Below are positions 50,843-60,272 of a stretch of DNA of 64,000 nt, piece after piece. How positions within the stretch are numbered: the first letter of the stretch is position 1; each line of letters starts with the position of its first letter. Both the position numbers and the translations under genes were made by a program. A model generated the notes under the pieces. That model searched no databases and was not told the origin of the DNA. It saw only the letters and a program-made list of their open reading frames with translations. Origin of the DNA: an uncultured Chroococcidiopsis sp. (GTDB lineage: Bacteria; Cyanobacteriota; Cyanobacteriia; Cyanobacteriales; Chroococcidiopsidaceae); assembly GCA_964248365.1 (NCBI GenBank), contig CAXTYC010000019.1, positions 1 to 64,000 on the forward strand. Reading direction: 5' to 3'.

Positions 50843-53800
50843 ATGAATCAAAGCTTGGACAGTTATAGTCTGCATCCATCAGGAACATTGCCCAACGCAT
50901 CCCCAAGTAGTGAGGCTATCCTCAGCTTTTTAAGGAGCATTCAAGCAGACAATAGCGGGGCTTTAGCCTTTAGTCAGGCATTTGAGATTCTAGATTTTCA
51001 AATCGGTGATGAGCTTGCTGATTATACTAGTACCGCTATAGCACAAAATTCCGTTCAATCTGAACAAAGTACAAGATACTACTACATAATTTGCACAGGT
51101 AGGGTACGGCTGCTGGGATTCGATTTGCAACAGCAGCGGCAAGTTTCGGCGATCGTGCTGGAGGCTGGGGAGACATTTGGCGCAGAACATTTATTTAGCA
51201 ATCAGCCAGGATTAACCCTAGCGATCGCAGCTAGTACAGGGCAAGTTGCCCGTATCCCCATTGGTGAGTTAAAGCGATGGTTGGAGAGAGTGCCGAATCT
51301 AGGAGAATATTTACTTCAACAAGCCAGAGAGCGGCAATGCCTGGTATTCTTTAAAACTGCTACCCTTTTGCGATCGCTTTCAAGCCATGAACTGCGGCAA
51401 CTGTTACCTTACTTAAACGAAAAACGCATCGAGCGAGGCGAGTCAATAATTGCCGCAACTGAGCCTGGTAGTGGTTGCTTTTGGCTAGCAAGTGGGCAGA
51501 TTCAGAGTCAGTCGAGCGCATTATTACCACCAACTATAGGACAGAGTTGGGGAGAGCCAGCACCCATCGGGACAGATTGGGTTGCCGAAACAGACTTATT
51601 GGCTTACCAACTAAAGAGAGAAAATTGGCTAGATGCTAAAGCGATCGCGCCAATGTTGCCAGATTTATCTGCCCACGAAGGCAATGGAGTTCTAGATAGC
51701 AATGGCAACGGACACAAAAGGAGGTCCGCTACTTCAGCCAGAAATTATTCTCCACCAGTCCAATTAAGAGTCAATCAAAAGCAACAACCCCAACCTGAAC
51801 AAAAGGTTCCTTTCTCCCAGTCTGAACCTGCAAAAATTGATTTTCCTAAACCAGTCATCCAAATCATCAGTAAAGGGATTTGGCAAGCTCTACCCTACAT
51901 TGAGCAGCAAAGTTCATCTGATTGTGGTGCTGCGTGTTTAGCCATGATCAGCAAATACTGGGGAAAAAACTTTACCATCAACACTTTACGCTCTTTGGCT
52001 GATGTAGACAGATCTGGTGCTTCCCTCAAAGGAATAGCCCAAGCGGCCGAAACCTTGGGATTTCACGCCCGTCCAGTCCGAGCAAGCTTGAGTCGCTTGG
52101 AGTCACTGAGCAATCCTTGGGTTGCTCACTGGGAAGGAAATCACTACATCGTTGTCTACCGAGTAGGGGGCGATCGCGTTTTGGTTGCTGATCCAGCTAT
52201 TAGCAAGCGGTGGCTGTCGCGCCAACAGTTCATCGATGGCTGGACTGGTTATGCCCTACTCCTCGACCCTACCTCGCGTTTGCAAGCCACCCCAAACGAG
52301 AAAGTTTCCCTGGGTCAATTCTGGAATGCGGTTTTGCCCTATCGCTCCCTGATCTGGCAAATCGTCGGTATGTCCCTCCTGCTTCAGGTTTTTGGCGTTC
52401 TTACCCCCTTGTTCACCCAGATCATTCTCGATCAGGTAGTGGTGCAAAAAAGCTATGTCACCCTGAATGTATTTGCGATCGGGCTACTATTATTTAGTGT
52501 CTGGCGCATTGGCTTGACAGCAACGCGCCAGTATATGCTTGACTACTTTTCCAATCGCTTTGACCTGACGCTGATCAGTGGCTTTATCAACCATACCTTG
52601 CTGCTGCCGCTGAAGTTTTTTGAATCCCGTCGCGTGGGGGATATTATTACCCGCGTGCAGGAAAACCAAAAGGTACAAGTATTTATCACTCGTCAGGCAA
52701 TATTGTCTTGGTTAGATGCTTTTACGGCAGTTGTTTACATAGGACTAATGTTCTACTACAACTGGCGGCTTGCTTTTCTGGTAATAGGCTTAATTCCCCC
52801 AATTGTCATCTTGACTTTGGTAGCTACTCCTTGGTTGCGACGAGTATCAAGGGAAATTTTTAATGCATCGGCGGCGGAAAACTCCTTGCTGGTAGAAATG
52901 CTAACTGGCGTAGCTACCGTTAAAGCAGTGGCGGCTGAACGAGAAATTCGCTGGCGTTGGGAAGACCGCTTTACCAGCGCTCTAAACGCGCAATTCCGAG
53001 GTCAGAAGCTGGCAAATGGCTTACAAGCAATTGGTGGATTAATTAATACCTTGGGTAGTACAGCCTTGCTATGGTATGGCGCGACGCTGGTGATTCAAAA
53101 CCAGCTAAGTATTGGGCAGTTTGTAGCTTTCAACATGATGATTGGTAATGTCATCAACCCAGTTTTGTCTGTCGTGGGTCTTTGGGATGAGTTGCAAGAA
53201 GTGCTGATCTCGGTTGAAAGGCTCAATGATGTCTTTAGCGCGCAAACCGAAGAAACCCCTGGACAACCAATGCTAGTTTTGCCTCGCCTAGGGGGAGAGG
53301 TGCGATTTGAGAATGTTACGTTTAAATACGATCCAGACTCTGAACGTAACACGCTGCAAAACATTTCTTTTGATGCAACAATCGGGCAAACCGTTGCTAT
53401 TGTTGGGCGCAGCGGTTCTGGTAAGAGTACCTTGGTAAGTTTATTACAAGGACTTTATCACCCTACCAGTGGTCGAATTTTGATCGATGGGCATGATATT
53501 CGGCATATTTCTCCCTCTTCGCTACGTAGTCAATTAGGGGTAGTGCCACAAGAGTGTTTCTTGTTCTCCGGTACTATCCAAGAAAACATTACCTTGTATC
53601 GATCTAATTACACCCTAGAAGAAGTGACAGAGGTTGCCAAATTGGCAGAAGCTAATGCTTTTATTCAAGATATGCCTTTGGGATATAACACACCAGTGGG
53701 GGAACGGGGAACATCGCTGTCTGGGGGACAACGGCAAAGAATTGCGATCGCCCGTGCTTTGTTGGGCGATCCGCGCATTCTCGTGTTGGACGAAGCAACT

Positions 53801-54025
53801 AGTTCCCTTGATACCGAATCCGAACGCCGCTTTCAGCAAAATCTCAATCGGATCAGCCGCGATCGCACTACTTTCATCATTGCTCATCGCCTATCAACGG
53901 TACGTCATGCTGACTGCATTCTAGTCTTAGATCGAGGTATTTTGGCTGAATCCGGCACTCATGAGCAACTGATGGCTCTCGAAGGTATTTACTACCACCT
54001 AGCCCAACAGCAGCTCGATCTCTAA
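50843..54025 (+). CDS. Peptidase-containing ABC transporter (cNMP-like domains + C39 peptidase + TMD + NBD), HetC/HlyB-like
   Basis: C39 QQSSSDCGAAC, HWEGNHY and VADP (catalytic C/H/D present). NBD GRSGSGKST, LSGGQRQR, LDEATS and IAHRLST. Confidence 0.95.
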   Translation: MNQSLDSYSLHPSGTLPNASPSSEAILSFLRSIQADNSGALAFSQAFEILDFQIGDELADYTSTAIAQNSVQSEQSTRYYYIICTGRVRLLGFDLQQQRQVSAIVLEAGETFGAEHLFSNQPGLTLAIAASTGQVARIPIGELKRWLERVPNLGEYLLQQARERQCLVFFKTATLLRSLSSHELRQLLPYLNEKRIERGESIIAATEPGSGCFWLASGQIQSQSSALLPPTIGQSWGEPAPIGTDWVAETDLLAYQLKRENWLDAKAIAPMLPDLSAHEGNGVLDSNGNGHKRRSATSARNYSPPVQLRVNQKQQPQPEQKVPFSQSEPAKIDFPKPVIQIISKGIWQALPYIEQQSSSDCGAACLAMISKYWGKNFTINTLRSLADVDRSGASLKGIAQAAETLGFHARPVRASLSRLESLSNPWVAHWEGNHYIVVYRVGGDRVLVADPAISKRWLSRQQFIDGWTGYALLLDPTSRLQATPNEKVSLGQFWNAVLPYRSLIWQIVGMSLLLQVFGVLTPLFTQIILDQVVVQKSYVTLNVFAIGLLLFSVWRIGLTATRQYMLDYFSNRFDLTLISGFINHTLLLPLKFFESRRVGDIITRVQENQKVQVFITRQAILSWLDAFTAVVYIGLMFYYNWRLAFLVIGLIPPIVILTLVATPWLRRVSREIFNASAAENSLLVEMLTGVATVKAVAAEREIRWRWEDRFTSALNAQFRGQKLANGLQAIGGLINTLGSTALLWYGATLVIQNQLSIGQFVAFNMMIGNVINPVLSVVGLWDELQEVLISVERLNDVFSAQTEETPGQPMLVLPRLGGEVRFENVTFKYDPDSERNTLQNISFDATIGQTVAIVGRSGSGKSTLVSLLQGLYHPTSGRILIDGHDIRHISPSSLRSQLGVVPQECFLFSGTIQENITLYRSNYTLEEVTEVAKLAEANAFIQDMPLGYNTPVGERGTSLSGGQRQRIAIARALLGDPRILVLDEATSSLDTESERRFQQNLNRISRDRTTFIIAHRLSTVRHADCILVLDRGILAESGTHEQLMALEGIYYHLAQQQLDL

Positions 54026-54480
54026 CTTACCCTCCCAGCTTGCCAGATCCTCTGGCAAGCTATCCATCAACTACAAACTGTAATTCGATAACAGAAACTC
54101 GCCCAAAAAAAAATTGCCCATATAGCAATTTAAACCTAATGTCAACTCTGGTAGAACCACTGAAACTTAGACAAGTTATAGTGAAAATGCAACTTATTAA
54201 ACTTATGGAAATTAACGTAATTGAGTTGTGAATTTATGTGTAAGTTTATACAACCTAACCGCTGATTATTGATTTGTCTGAATTGGGCAAATGTGGTAGG
54301 GTGAATTGAATATAGATGAAAAGCTAATTCATAGAAATTACTGAAAGAATTTGTGCAAACAATAATAATGTTTATAACTTACCTATATAGAATAGAAATA
54401 CTTAATCTAAGTAACAATTTATGCTAGTTTATCGAAGAGTTGGATTGCTAGATCAAATGTATTAAATTGGGGTCACTGTT

Positions 54481-56070
54481 ATGCCAAAGCAAACTGTACC
54501 ACTGCCGATCGCTCGCACTAAAGTTGATTCTCACCCAGCTAATCCAAGCTCGAAAAGAGAAATTAACTCACAGCCAGTTACAGAGTTACCAAATAAAGCA
54601 AGTGCTGGCTTGTCATCGGTTAAATCTGAAAGCAATTGGTCGCCCGCTGTACAGAATGTCTTAGAACAGCCGCCCGCATCCTTTCCAAGACAGTTACTCA
54701 TGGGAGGATTGATTTTCTGTCTTGCATTTATTGGTTGGGCTTGGCTGGGGAAAATTGAGGAAGTAGGTCATGCCCAGGGGCGGCTAGTACCGCGAGGAGA
54801 AGCATACAAAGTCAACCCTCTTGATCTGGGCAAGATCATGCGAATCAATGTTAAAGAAGGTGACACAGTTAAAGCTGGACAGGTACTGGTTGAACTGGAT
54901 ACTCAAATAGCCACTAGTGAAGTCGATCGCCTCAAGCAAACGCTTGCTGGGTATCAAGATCAGTTAAAGCAGAAGCAAGCACTAATTGAAAAAAACCGTC
55001 AGGAAGCTAATAGCCGTTCCTTGTTAGCTAAAACTAATCTACAGATACAAGATGCCCTGATCAATGCTGCCAAGTCAAAGGCTGCAACTAGCCAGGAATT
55101 GCTGGCACAAATGCAAACAGAGAAAGCTGCTAGTCAAACGAGAATCCAAAGGCTAAAACCACTTACATCTGTGCGTCAAGAGCGACTAGCACAACTAAAA
55201 TCAGATGTGGCGGCGCATCAGGAAAGAGTTAATCGGCTGAAAAAACTAGTAGCAGATGGGGCGCTTTCTAAGGAATATTTATTTAGAGCGCAGCAAGATC
55301 TAAGCGCTAGTCAAGCAGCAATTACCCAAACTAAATTACAAGAAGGTGCGAACACTGACGATCGCCTGTATGAAGCCGAAAAAAACCAGCGCGATCGTAC
55401 CTCAACTATTACCCAACAACAAGGGGAACTAAAACAAGCCTTGGTAGAAATTCAAAGTCTCCAAGCACAGTTAAACCAAAAAATAGCTGAATCAAATATC
55501 GATCAGCTAGAAGCACAGCAGCGAATACAGCAATTAGAAGTCGAAAAAACTCAGCTAAAATCCCAAATTGCTGAAACGCAAAATCTACTAAACAGAGCGA
55601 GAACGCAATTAGTACAAAAGTTTCTCTATGCTCCAGTTGACGGCGTAGTATCATCGCTCAACGTTCGCAACGTAGGTGAAGTCGTACAGCAAGGACAAAC
55701 AATTGCAGAAGTAGCTCCCACAACCGCACCTCTGGTTCTATCTGCTAGCTTACCTAATTCCGAAGCTGGTTTTATCAAACCAGGTCTGCCAGTGCAAGTT
55801 AAATTAGACGCTTTTCCCTATCAGGATTTCGGTATCGTTAGTGGCAAAGTCACTTCTATCTCTCCTGATACTAAACAAGATGAGAAGCAAGGTCTAGTCT
55901 ATAAAGTTGAAGTAGCGCTTGATCGTAATTATGTCAATACTAATGGGCAAACCATCCAATTTAAGGCTGGTCAAACTGCTACGGCAGACATTATTATCCG
56001 TCACCGTAGCATTGCTGATGTATTGCTCGATCCACTCAAGCAGCTGCAAAAAGGCGGTATGAATTTATAA
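54481..56070 (+). CDS. HlyD-family type I secretion membrane fusion protein
   Basis: TM helix, VKEGDTVKAGQVL, long coiled coil, APVDGVV and KLDAFPYQDFG. Confidence 0.94.
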   Translation: MPKQTVPLPIARTKVDSHPANPSSKREINSQPVTELPNKASAGLSSVKSESNWSPAVQNVLEQPPASFPRQLLMGGLIFCLAFIGWAWLGKIEEVGHAQGRLVPRGEAYKVNPLDLGKIMRINVKEGDTVKAGQVLVELDTQIATSEVDRLKQTLAGYQDQLKQKQALIEKNRQEANSRSLLAKTNLQIQDALINAAKSKAATSQELLAQMQTEKAASQTRIQRLKPLTSVRQERLAQLKSDVAAHQERVNRLKKLVADGALSKEYLFRAQQDLSASQAAITQTKLQEGANTDDRLYEAEKNQRDRTSTITQQQGELKQALVEIQSLQAQLNQKIAESNIDQLEAQQRIQQLEVEKTQLKSQIAETQNLLNRARTQLVQKFLYAPVDGVVSSLNVRNVGEVVQQGQTIAEVAPTTAPLVLSASLPNSEAGFIKPGLPVQVKLDAFPYQDFGIVSGKVTSISPDTKQDEKQGLVYKVEVALDRNYVNTNGQTIQFKAGQTATADIIIRHRSIADVLLDPLKQLQKGGMNL

Positions 56071-56144
56071 AACTCAATTTTTCTGTGCAGCGATATAGCA
56101 TCTACCCAATGAAATCGACTTTTTAAATCAAAAGGGTGAAACTT

Positions 56145-56549
56145 ATGACTGGGCGAATTCCTTTTTCAGATACCAGAGTTAACAAAACTATTCACGACGA
56201 GCAACTAAATCAGATCATTGAAGCAATTTTGGCTGGAAAGTATTCCTGGGCTTGTTTTTTACTCCTACGCTGTACTGGTTACGATCCATTACATTACATA
56301 CCCTATCGCACATACAACCGATTGTTGAAAGAAAACTGCCAACATGGCAAATCAAGGATACAAACAACCGATAAGATCAAACTTGATAACCAACGTGAAG
56401 TTAATAATAGTAGATCTTCACAAGGATGTTTAAGCAAGATTAAAGACCTGGGTTACTTAGAGGTTGTTGGTAAGCAAAAAGCACAGGTGCGCGGTGGTAT
56501 TCTAAGTCAGTATCCGCTGTTTAACAAAGTCTTCACAGCACTCAAGTAA
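56145..56549 (+). CDS. hetP: HetP-family protein
   Basis: [46 protein letters not shown]. Family-level call; alternative GTG start at 56136. Confidence 0.85.
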   Translation: MTGRIPFSDTRVNKTIHDEQLNQIIEAILAGKYSWACFLLLRCTGYDPLHYIPYRTYNRLLKENCQHGKSRIQTTDKIKLDNQREVNNSRSSQGCLSKIKDLGYLEVVGKQKAQVRGGILSQYPLFNKVFTALK

Positions 56550-56730
56550 ACTAGATTTAGAGCTACCATTGATTGTTTTCTAAAAGCTACAACAAACAGG
56601 CTCAATCTAATTATTAATAGATTGAGTCAACTTTTTTATAGCAACCTAACTCCTACCTAGTTCATTTGGATAGGTTTTTATATTGACTAAATCTGAAGTT
56701 ATCTTACAAAAGTACTGGAATTAAAAATAC

Positions 56731-56743
56731 TGCCAAAATGGCA
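56731..56743. promoter_or_regulatory. Palindrome TGCCA-AAA-TGGCA upstream of precursor 1
   Basis: Identical 13-mer at 58964-58976 upstream of precursor 6; TATAGT lies 22 nt downstream here. Confidence 0.55.
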
Positions 56744-56841
56744 ACATACCTCTAAAGCAGTTAGTTATAGTTTAAACATAGCAACTAACAAATGTTGTTT
56801 CAGGCAAACAAATTCTTTCTAGTTATTGTAGGAGACAAACA

Positions 56842-57060
56842 ATGATTATTTCTGATTTGAATCATCTAGAAGTTGTATCGGAAGCATCCAGCGTTGTCGG
56901 TGGCGGAAACAATTCTCTCGATTTCTACCTAAAAATTACCAAACAGGCTAATGTTTCCGTAATCAAACAGGAAGCTAATGCTGCTGCTGTCACTTTTAAG
57001 GGAAATGCAACAGCTACAGCAACCAATAAAGCAACAGTAGTGCAGCTTAACCAAGCTTAA
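56842..57060 (+). CDS. Double-glycine-leader secreted peptide 1 (curlin-like core)
   Basis: Leader MIISDLNHLEVVSEASSVVGG; RBS AGGAG. Confidence 0.88.
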   Translation: MIISDLNHLEVVSEASSVVGGGNNSLDFYLKITKQANVSVIKQEANAAAVTFKGNATATATNKATVVQLNQA

Positions 57061-57204
57061 CGATTGCTGTAAGTATCATCTAGATATGTTTAGCAATAAT
57101 ATTGCTGCCTGGGCAACATTATTGCCAGGAGCAATTAAGGTGTTGCTCACAACAACCAAGACAAATTGCCGTAAACACACAAACTATTTTGTAGGAGACA
57201 AACA

Positions 57205-57423
57205 ATGATTATTTCTGATTTGAATCATCTAGAAGTTGTGTCGGAAGCATCCAGCGTTGTCGGTGGCGGAAACAATTCTCTCGATTTCTACCTAAAATTT
57301 ACCAAACAGTCTAATGTCTCCGTAATTACCCAGGTAGCCAATGCCGCTGCTATCTCCACTAAGGGAAATGCAAAAGCTACAGCAACCAATACAGCAACAG
57401 TAGTGCAGCTTAACCAAGCTTAA
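57205..57423 (+). CDS. Double-glycine-leader secreted peptide 2
   Basis: Same leader; core is a variant of peptide 1. Confidence 0.88.
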   Translation: MIISDLNHLEVVSEASSVVGGGNNSLDFYLKFTKQSNVSVITQVANAAAISTKGNAKATATNTATVVQLNQA

Positions 57424-57567
57424 CGATTGCTGTGAGCAGCATCTAGATATGTTTAGCAATAATATTGCTGCCAGTCTAGCAAGATTATTGCCGGAGCAAT
57501 TAAGGTGTTGCTCATAACAACCAAGACAAATTGCGGTAAACACAAACTATTTTGTAGGAACAAGACA

Positions 57568-57804
57568 ATGATTATTTCTGATTTGAATCATCTAGAAGTT
57601 GTGTCGGAAGCATCCAGCGTTGTCGGCGGCGGCGGAAACAAAAATAACAAATACAAACCTGTCAAAATCGACCTAAAAATTACCGATCAGTCTAATGTCT
57701 CCGTAATCTATCAGGAAGCTAATGCTGCTGCTGTCACTTCTAAGGGAAATGCAACAGCTACAGCAACCAATACAGCAACAGTAGTGCAGGTTAACAAAGC
57801 TTAA
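57568..57804 (+). CDS. Double-glycine-leader secreted peptide 3
   Basis: ATG at 57568 by alignment with the other copies; Lys/Asn-rich insert after GG. Confidence 0.88.
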   Translation: MIISDLNHLEVVSEASSVVGGGGNKNNKYKPVKIDLKITDQSNVSVIYQEANAAAVTSKGNATATATNTATVVQVNKA

Positions 57805-57948
57805 CGATTGCTGTAAGCAGCATCTAGATATGTTTAGCAATAATATTGCTGCCAGTCTAGCAAGATTATTGCCGGAGCAATTAAGGTGTTGCTCATAACA
57901 ACCAAGACAAATTGCGGTAAACACAAACTATTTTGTAGGAACAAGACA

Positions 57949-58185
57949 ATGATTATTTCTGATTTGAATCATCTAGAAGTTGTGTCGGAAGCATCCAGCG
58001 TTGTCGGCGGCGGCGGAAACAAAAATAACAAATACAAACCTGTCAAAATCGACCTAAAAATTACCGATCAGTCTAATGTCTCCGTAATCTATCAGGAAGC
58101 TAATGCTGCTGCTGTCACTTCTAAGGGAAATGCAACAGCTACAGCAACCAATACAGCAACAGTAGTGCAGGTTAACCGAGCTTAA
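57949..58185 (+). CDS. Double-glycine-leader secreted peptide 4
   Basis: Identical to peptide 3 except K>R at the penultimate residue. Confidence 0.88.
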   Translation: MIISDLNHLEVVSEASSVVGGGGNKNNKYKPVKIDLKITDQSNVSVIYQEANAAAVTSKGNATATATNTATVVQVNRA

Positions 58186-58332
58186 CGATTGCTGTGAGCA
58201 ACATCTAGATATGTTTAGCAATAATATTGCTGCCTGGGCAGCAATATTATTGTCAAACTTAGTAATTTGATTGCTCACAACAACCAAGAGAAATTGCAGC
58301 AAACAAGCAATCTATTTTGTAGGAAGAAAACA

Positions 58333-58560
58333 ATGGTTATTTCTGATTTGAATCATCTAGAAGTTGTGTCGAAAGCGTCTAGCGTTGTCGGCGGAAAAGT
58401 AGGTATCGACCTAGATTTAAAGCAGAAGCAGAATCAAAAGCTGAGTATCAAAGGAGCCAATATTGGCATTATCAATCAAGTTGGTATTGCTACTGCTGTA
58501 GCTGTAAACTTGAATGGTAAAGCAGTTGCAAAAGCAGATGTTGAAAATAACATTAACTAA
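58333..58560 (+). CDS. Double-glycine-leader secreted peptide 5 (divergent core)
   Basis: Leader MVISDLNHLEVVSKASSVVGG; N/Q/I/V/A-rich core. Confidence 0.85.
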   Translation: MVISDLNHLEVVSKASSVVGGKVGIDLDLKQKQNQKLSIKGANIGIINQVGIATAVAVNLNGKAVAKADVENNIN

Positions 58561-58600
58561 TATTGGTTCCTACAGTAGGTAACAGCAACGGTAATCCTCA

Positions 58601-58830
58601 TAGGCTATGTTTGAAAAGTCAGTTTGCTGGGCTTGAAGGTATGAAGATTCAATAGAGGTATAACCTGACTTGTTAATCCGACCTCACCGATGCCCAATGG
58701 CGCGAGTTGGAACCCCTCATTGATTCCCTTGGTACTACGTGGGGGGTGAGCGCTTGAACATTAACAACAGAAGTTCAACAGTACTGTTTTCTATACGATC
58801 CCATGACTTACCTCCTTGGCAGACCGGAGA
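58601..58830 (+). mobile_element. Degenerate IS5-family relic
   Basis: End GGCTATGTTTGAAAAGTC; transposase fragments SDLTDAQWRELEPLI (58677-58721) and HDLPPWQT (58802-58825). Confidence 0.7.
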
Positions 58831-59060
58831 TTATTGGTTTTGCTGTTAGCAACAACATGGGGCTAAAGATTACCAAAATTTGCTTAAACGTTGCTTTCCC
58901 CTGTTTTTTAACCTTGCGAAGATAAGCATATTTATTATATTTATCGGTTTAAACGAAAGTATCTGCCAAAATGGCAATAAAAGTTGGATTATACTGGTTT
59001 AATTTAGGCTAGTTAGATCTCACACTAAAAACGAACTATTTGAATGGAGAGAGCAATCAA

Positions 59061-59294
59061 ATGATTATCATTTCAGACTTGAGCTATGTAGAAGTAGTTT
59101 CTGCATCTAGTATTGTAGGTGGAGCCAGCCAAGTTAATTCGGCAGAGTTTAGCACCACCACTAACACTAATGACTCGTCGGTTACAACAGGAGGAGCTTT
59201 TAATCTAAGTCCGTCTCACTCCACGCCCACACCCCTAGCAAACAGCACGATTTTACCTAATAACATCAAGCTCGAACAAGCGTTAGCTTTATGA
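59061..59294 (+). CDS. Double-glycine-leader peptide 6 (Ser/Thr/Asn-rich core)
   Basis: Leader MIIISDLSYVEVVSASSIVGG; RBS GGAGA. Confidence 0.78.
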   Translation: MIIISDLSYVEVVSASSIVGGASQVNSAEFSTTTNTNDSSVTTGGAFNLSPSHSTPTPLANSTILPNNIKLEQALAL

Positions 59295-59747
59295 ACAAAC
59301 GATCTGCGTGCTGACTCAAAAGGCTTCAAAGAGCTAGATGTAAATTTTAAGGTTTGGAATGTAGTAGCCGCTGGTAAGTTAAGAAGCTTTCAGCGGTTTT
59401 ATTCTTGCAACAAGATTCTGATTCACAGCTTTCGCAAATATAATAATAGTTAATTTATCTAGTAAAAGTATACCATTTGTATCAAATTATCCTCCAGCAA
59501 ATGTCTTGCCACCAGCAATAAGTATCAATTCACGATTAATTGAACATTATTTTTAGAGAGCTTTCTAAGTAGTTAGAGATAAAAATATTACATAAATAAC
59601 TATAATTTACTAAACTAAGTTACAATTTATTTTTGTTAAAATAGAGAGAAAAATTGAAATATAGATACTATATTTGTAATTACAGGGAACTAAAATTGTC
59701 CTGCTCTATCTCGCTTACAAAAATTAATTGCACCGAGGGAGAAACCT

Positions 59748-60011
59748 ATGATTATCTCCGATCTCAACTATTTGGAAGATGTTTTTGAAGCAACCACTAT
59801 TGGAGGAGGATTAAACTATAACATTGACTCGCTTATTACATGGGCTAACAACCTTGTCGAGGACGTTGACAAAAATCTAAAACTTAATAATGCTTCAGTC
59901 AATCAGGAGAAACCAGCTTTAAAAGTTGGAAAAGTTGAAAAGAAAGTTGAAAACAAAGCCTCTGGTAGTTATGCCATAGCTTATTCTAGCGTGACCTACT
60001 CTACAACTTAG
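59748..60011 (+). CDS. Double-glycine-leader peptide 7
   Basis: Leader MIISDLNYLEDVFEATTIGG; RBS GAGGGAG. Confidence 0.82.
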   Translation: MIISDLNYLEDVFEATTIGGGLNYNIDSLITWANNLVEDVDKNLKLNNASVNQEKPALKVGKVEKKVENKASGSYAIAYSSVTYSTT

Positions 60012-60272
60012 TAGAGTAGCCAAGGTATCAAAATTTAGCATTATCTTGAAACAAGAGCAGTAACTTTGCACGTCAATATTAACTTCCGATTGAAGTTACT
60101 GCTTACATTTATTGAGCTTTTTGATTGAGGTTATTTCATTTAGGTGGAGTATATTTTTTATTTACTTAGTCTTTCTATAGAGCAAGACGTTTATTAGAAG
60201 CTCAATAATTTAAGTAGCTTGTTTTTAGTATACTTATAGTGGTTTGCCACTTGCAAAACAAAGGCTATACGA

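Larger units (their letters stand above)
56825..58395 (+). repeat. Tandem gene array; start-to-start periods 363, 363, 381 and 384 bp, including conserved spacers
   Basis: ATGs at 56842, 57205, 57568, 57949 and 58333; spacers near-identical. Confidence 0.92.

Noticed and set aside
54040..54231. 63-aa ORF between the exporter and HlyD as another precursor
   Set aside because: TTG start without RBS, and no ISDL...GG leader.
57505..57567. N-terminal extensions on peptides 3, 4 and 5 given by the ORF track
   Set aside because: TTG starts lie in the spacer; alignment and RBS place the starts at 57568, 57949 and 58333.
57292..58302. Three Cys-rich antisense ORFs (CCC motifs) that look like RiPP precursors
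   Set aside because: They are reverse complements of the GCA/ACA-rich codons of the real peptide genes and repeat only because the array repeats.
56825..58395. Precursor array as a CRISPR array
   Set aside because: Units are 363-384 bp protein-coding duplications with RBSs, not 25-45 bp repeats with unique spacers.
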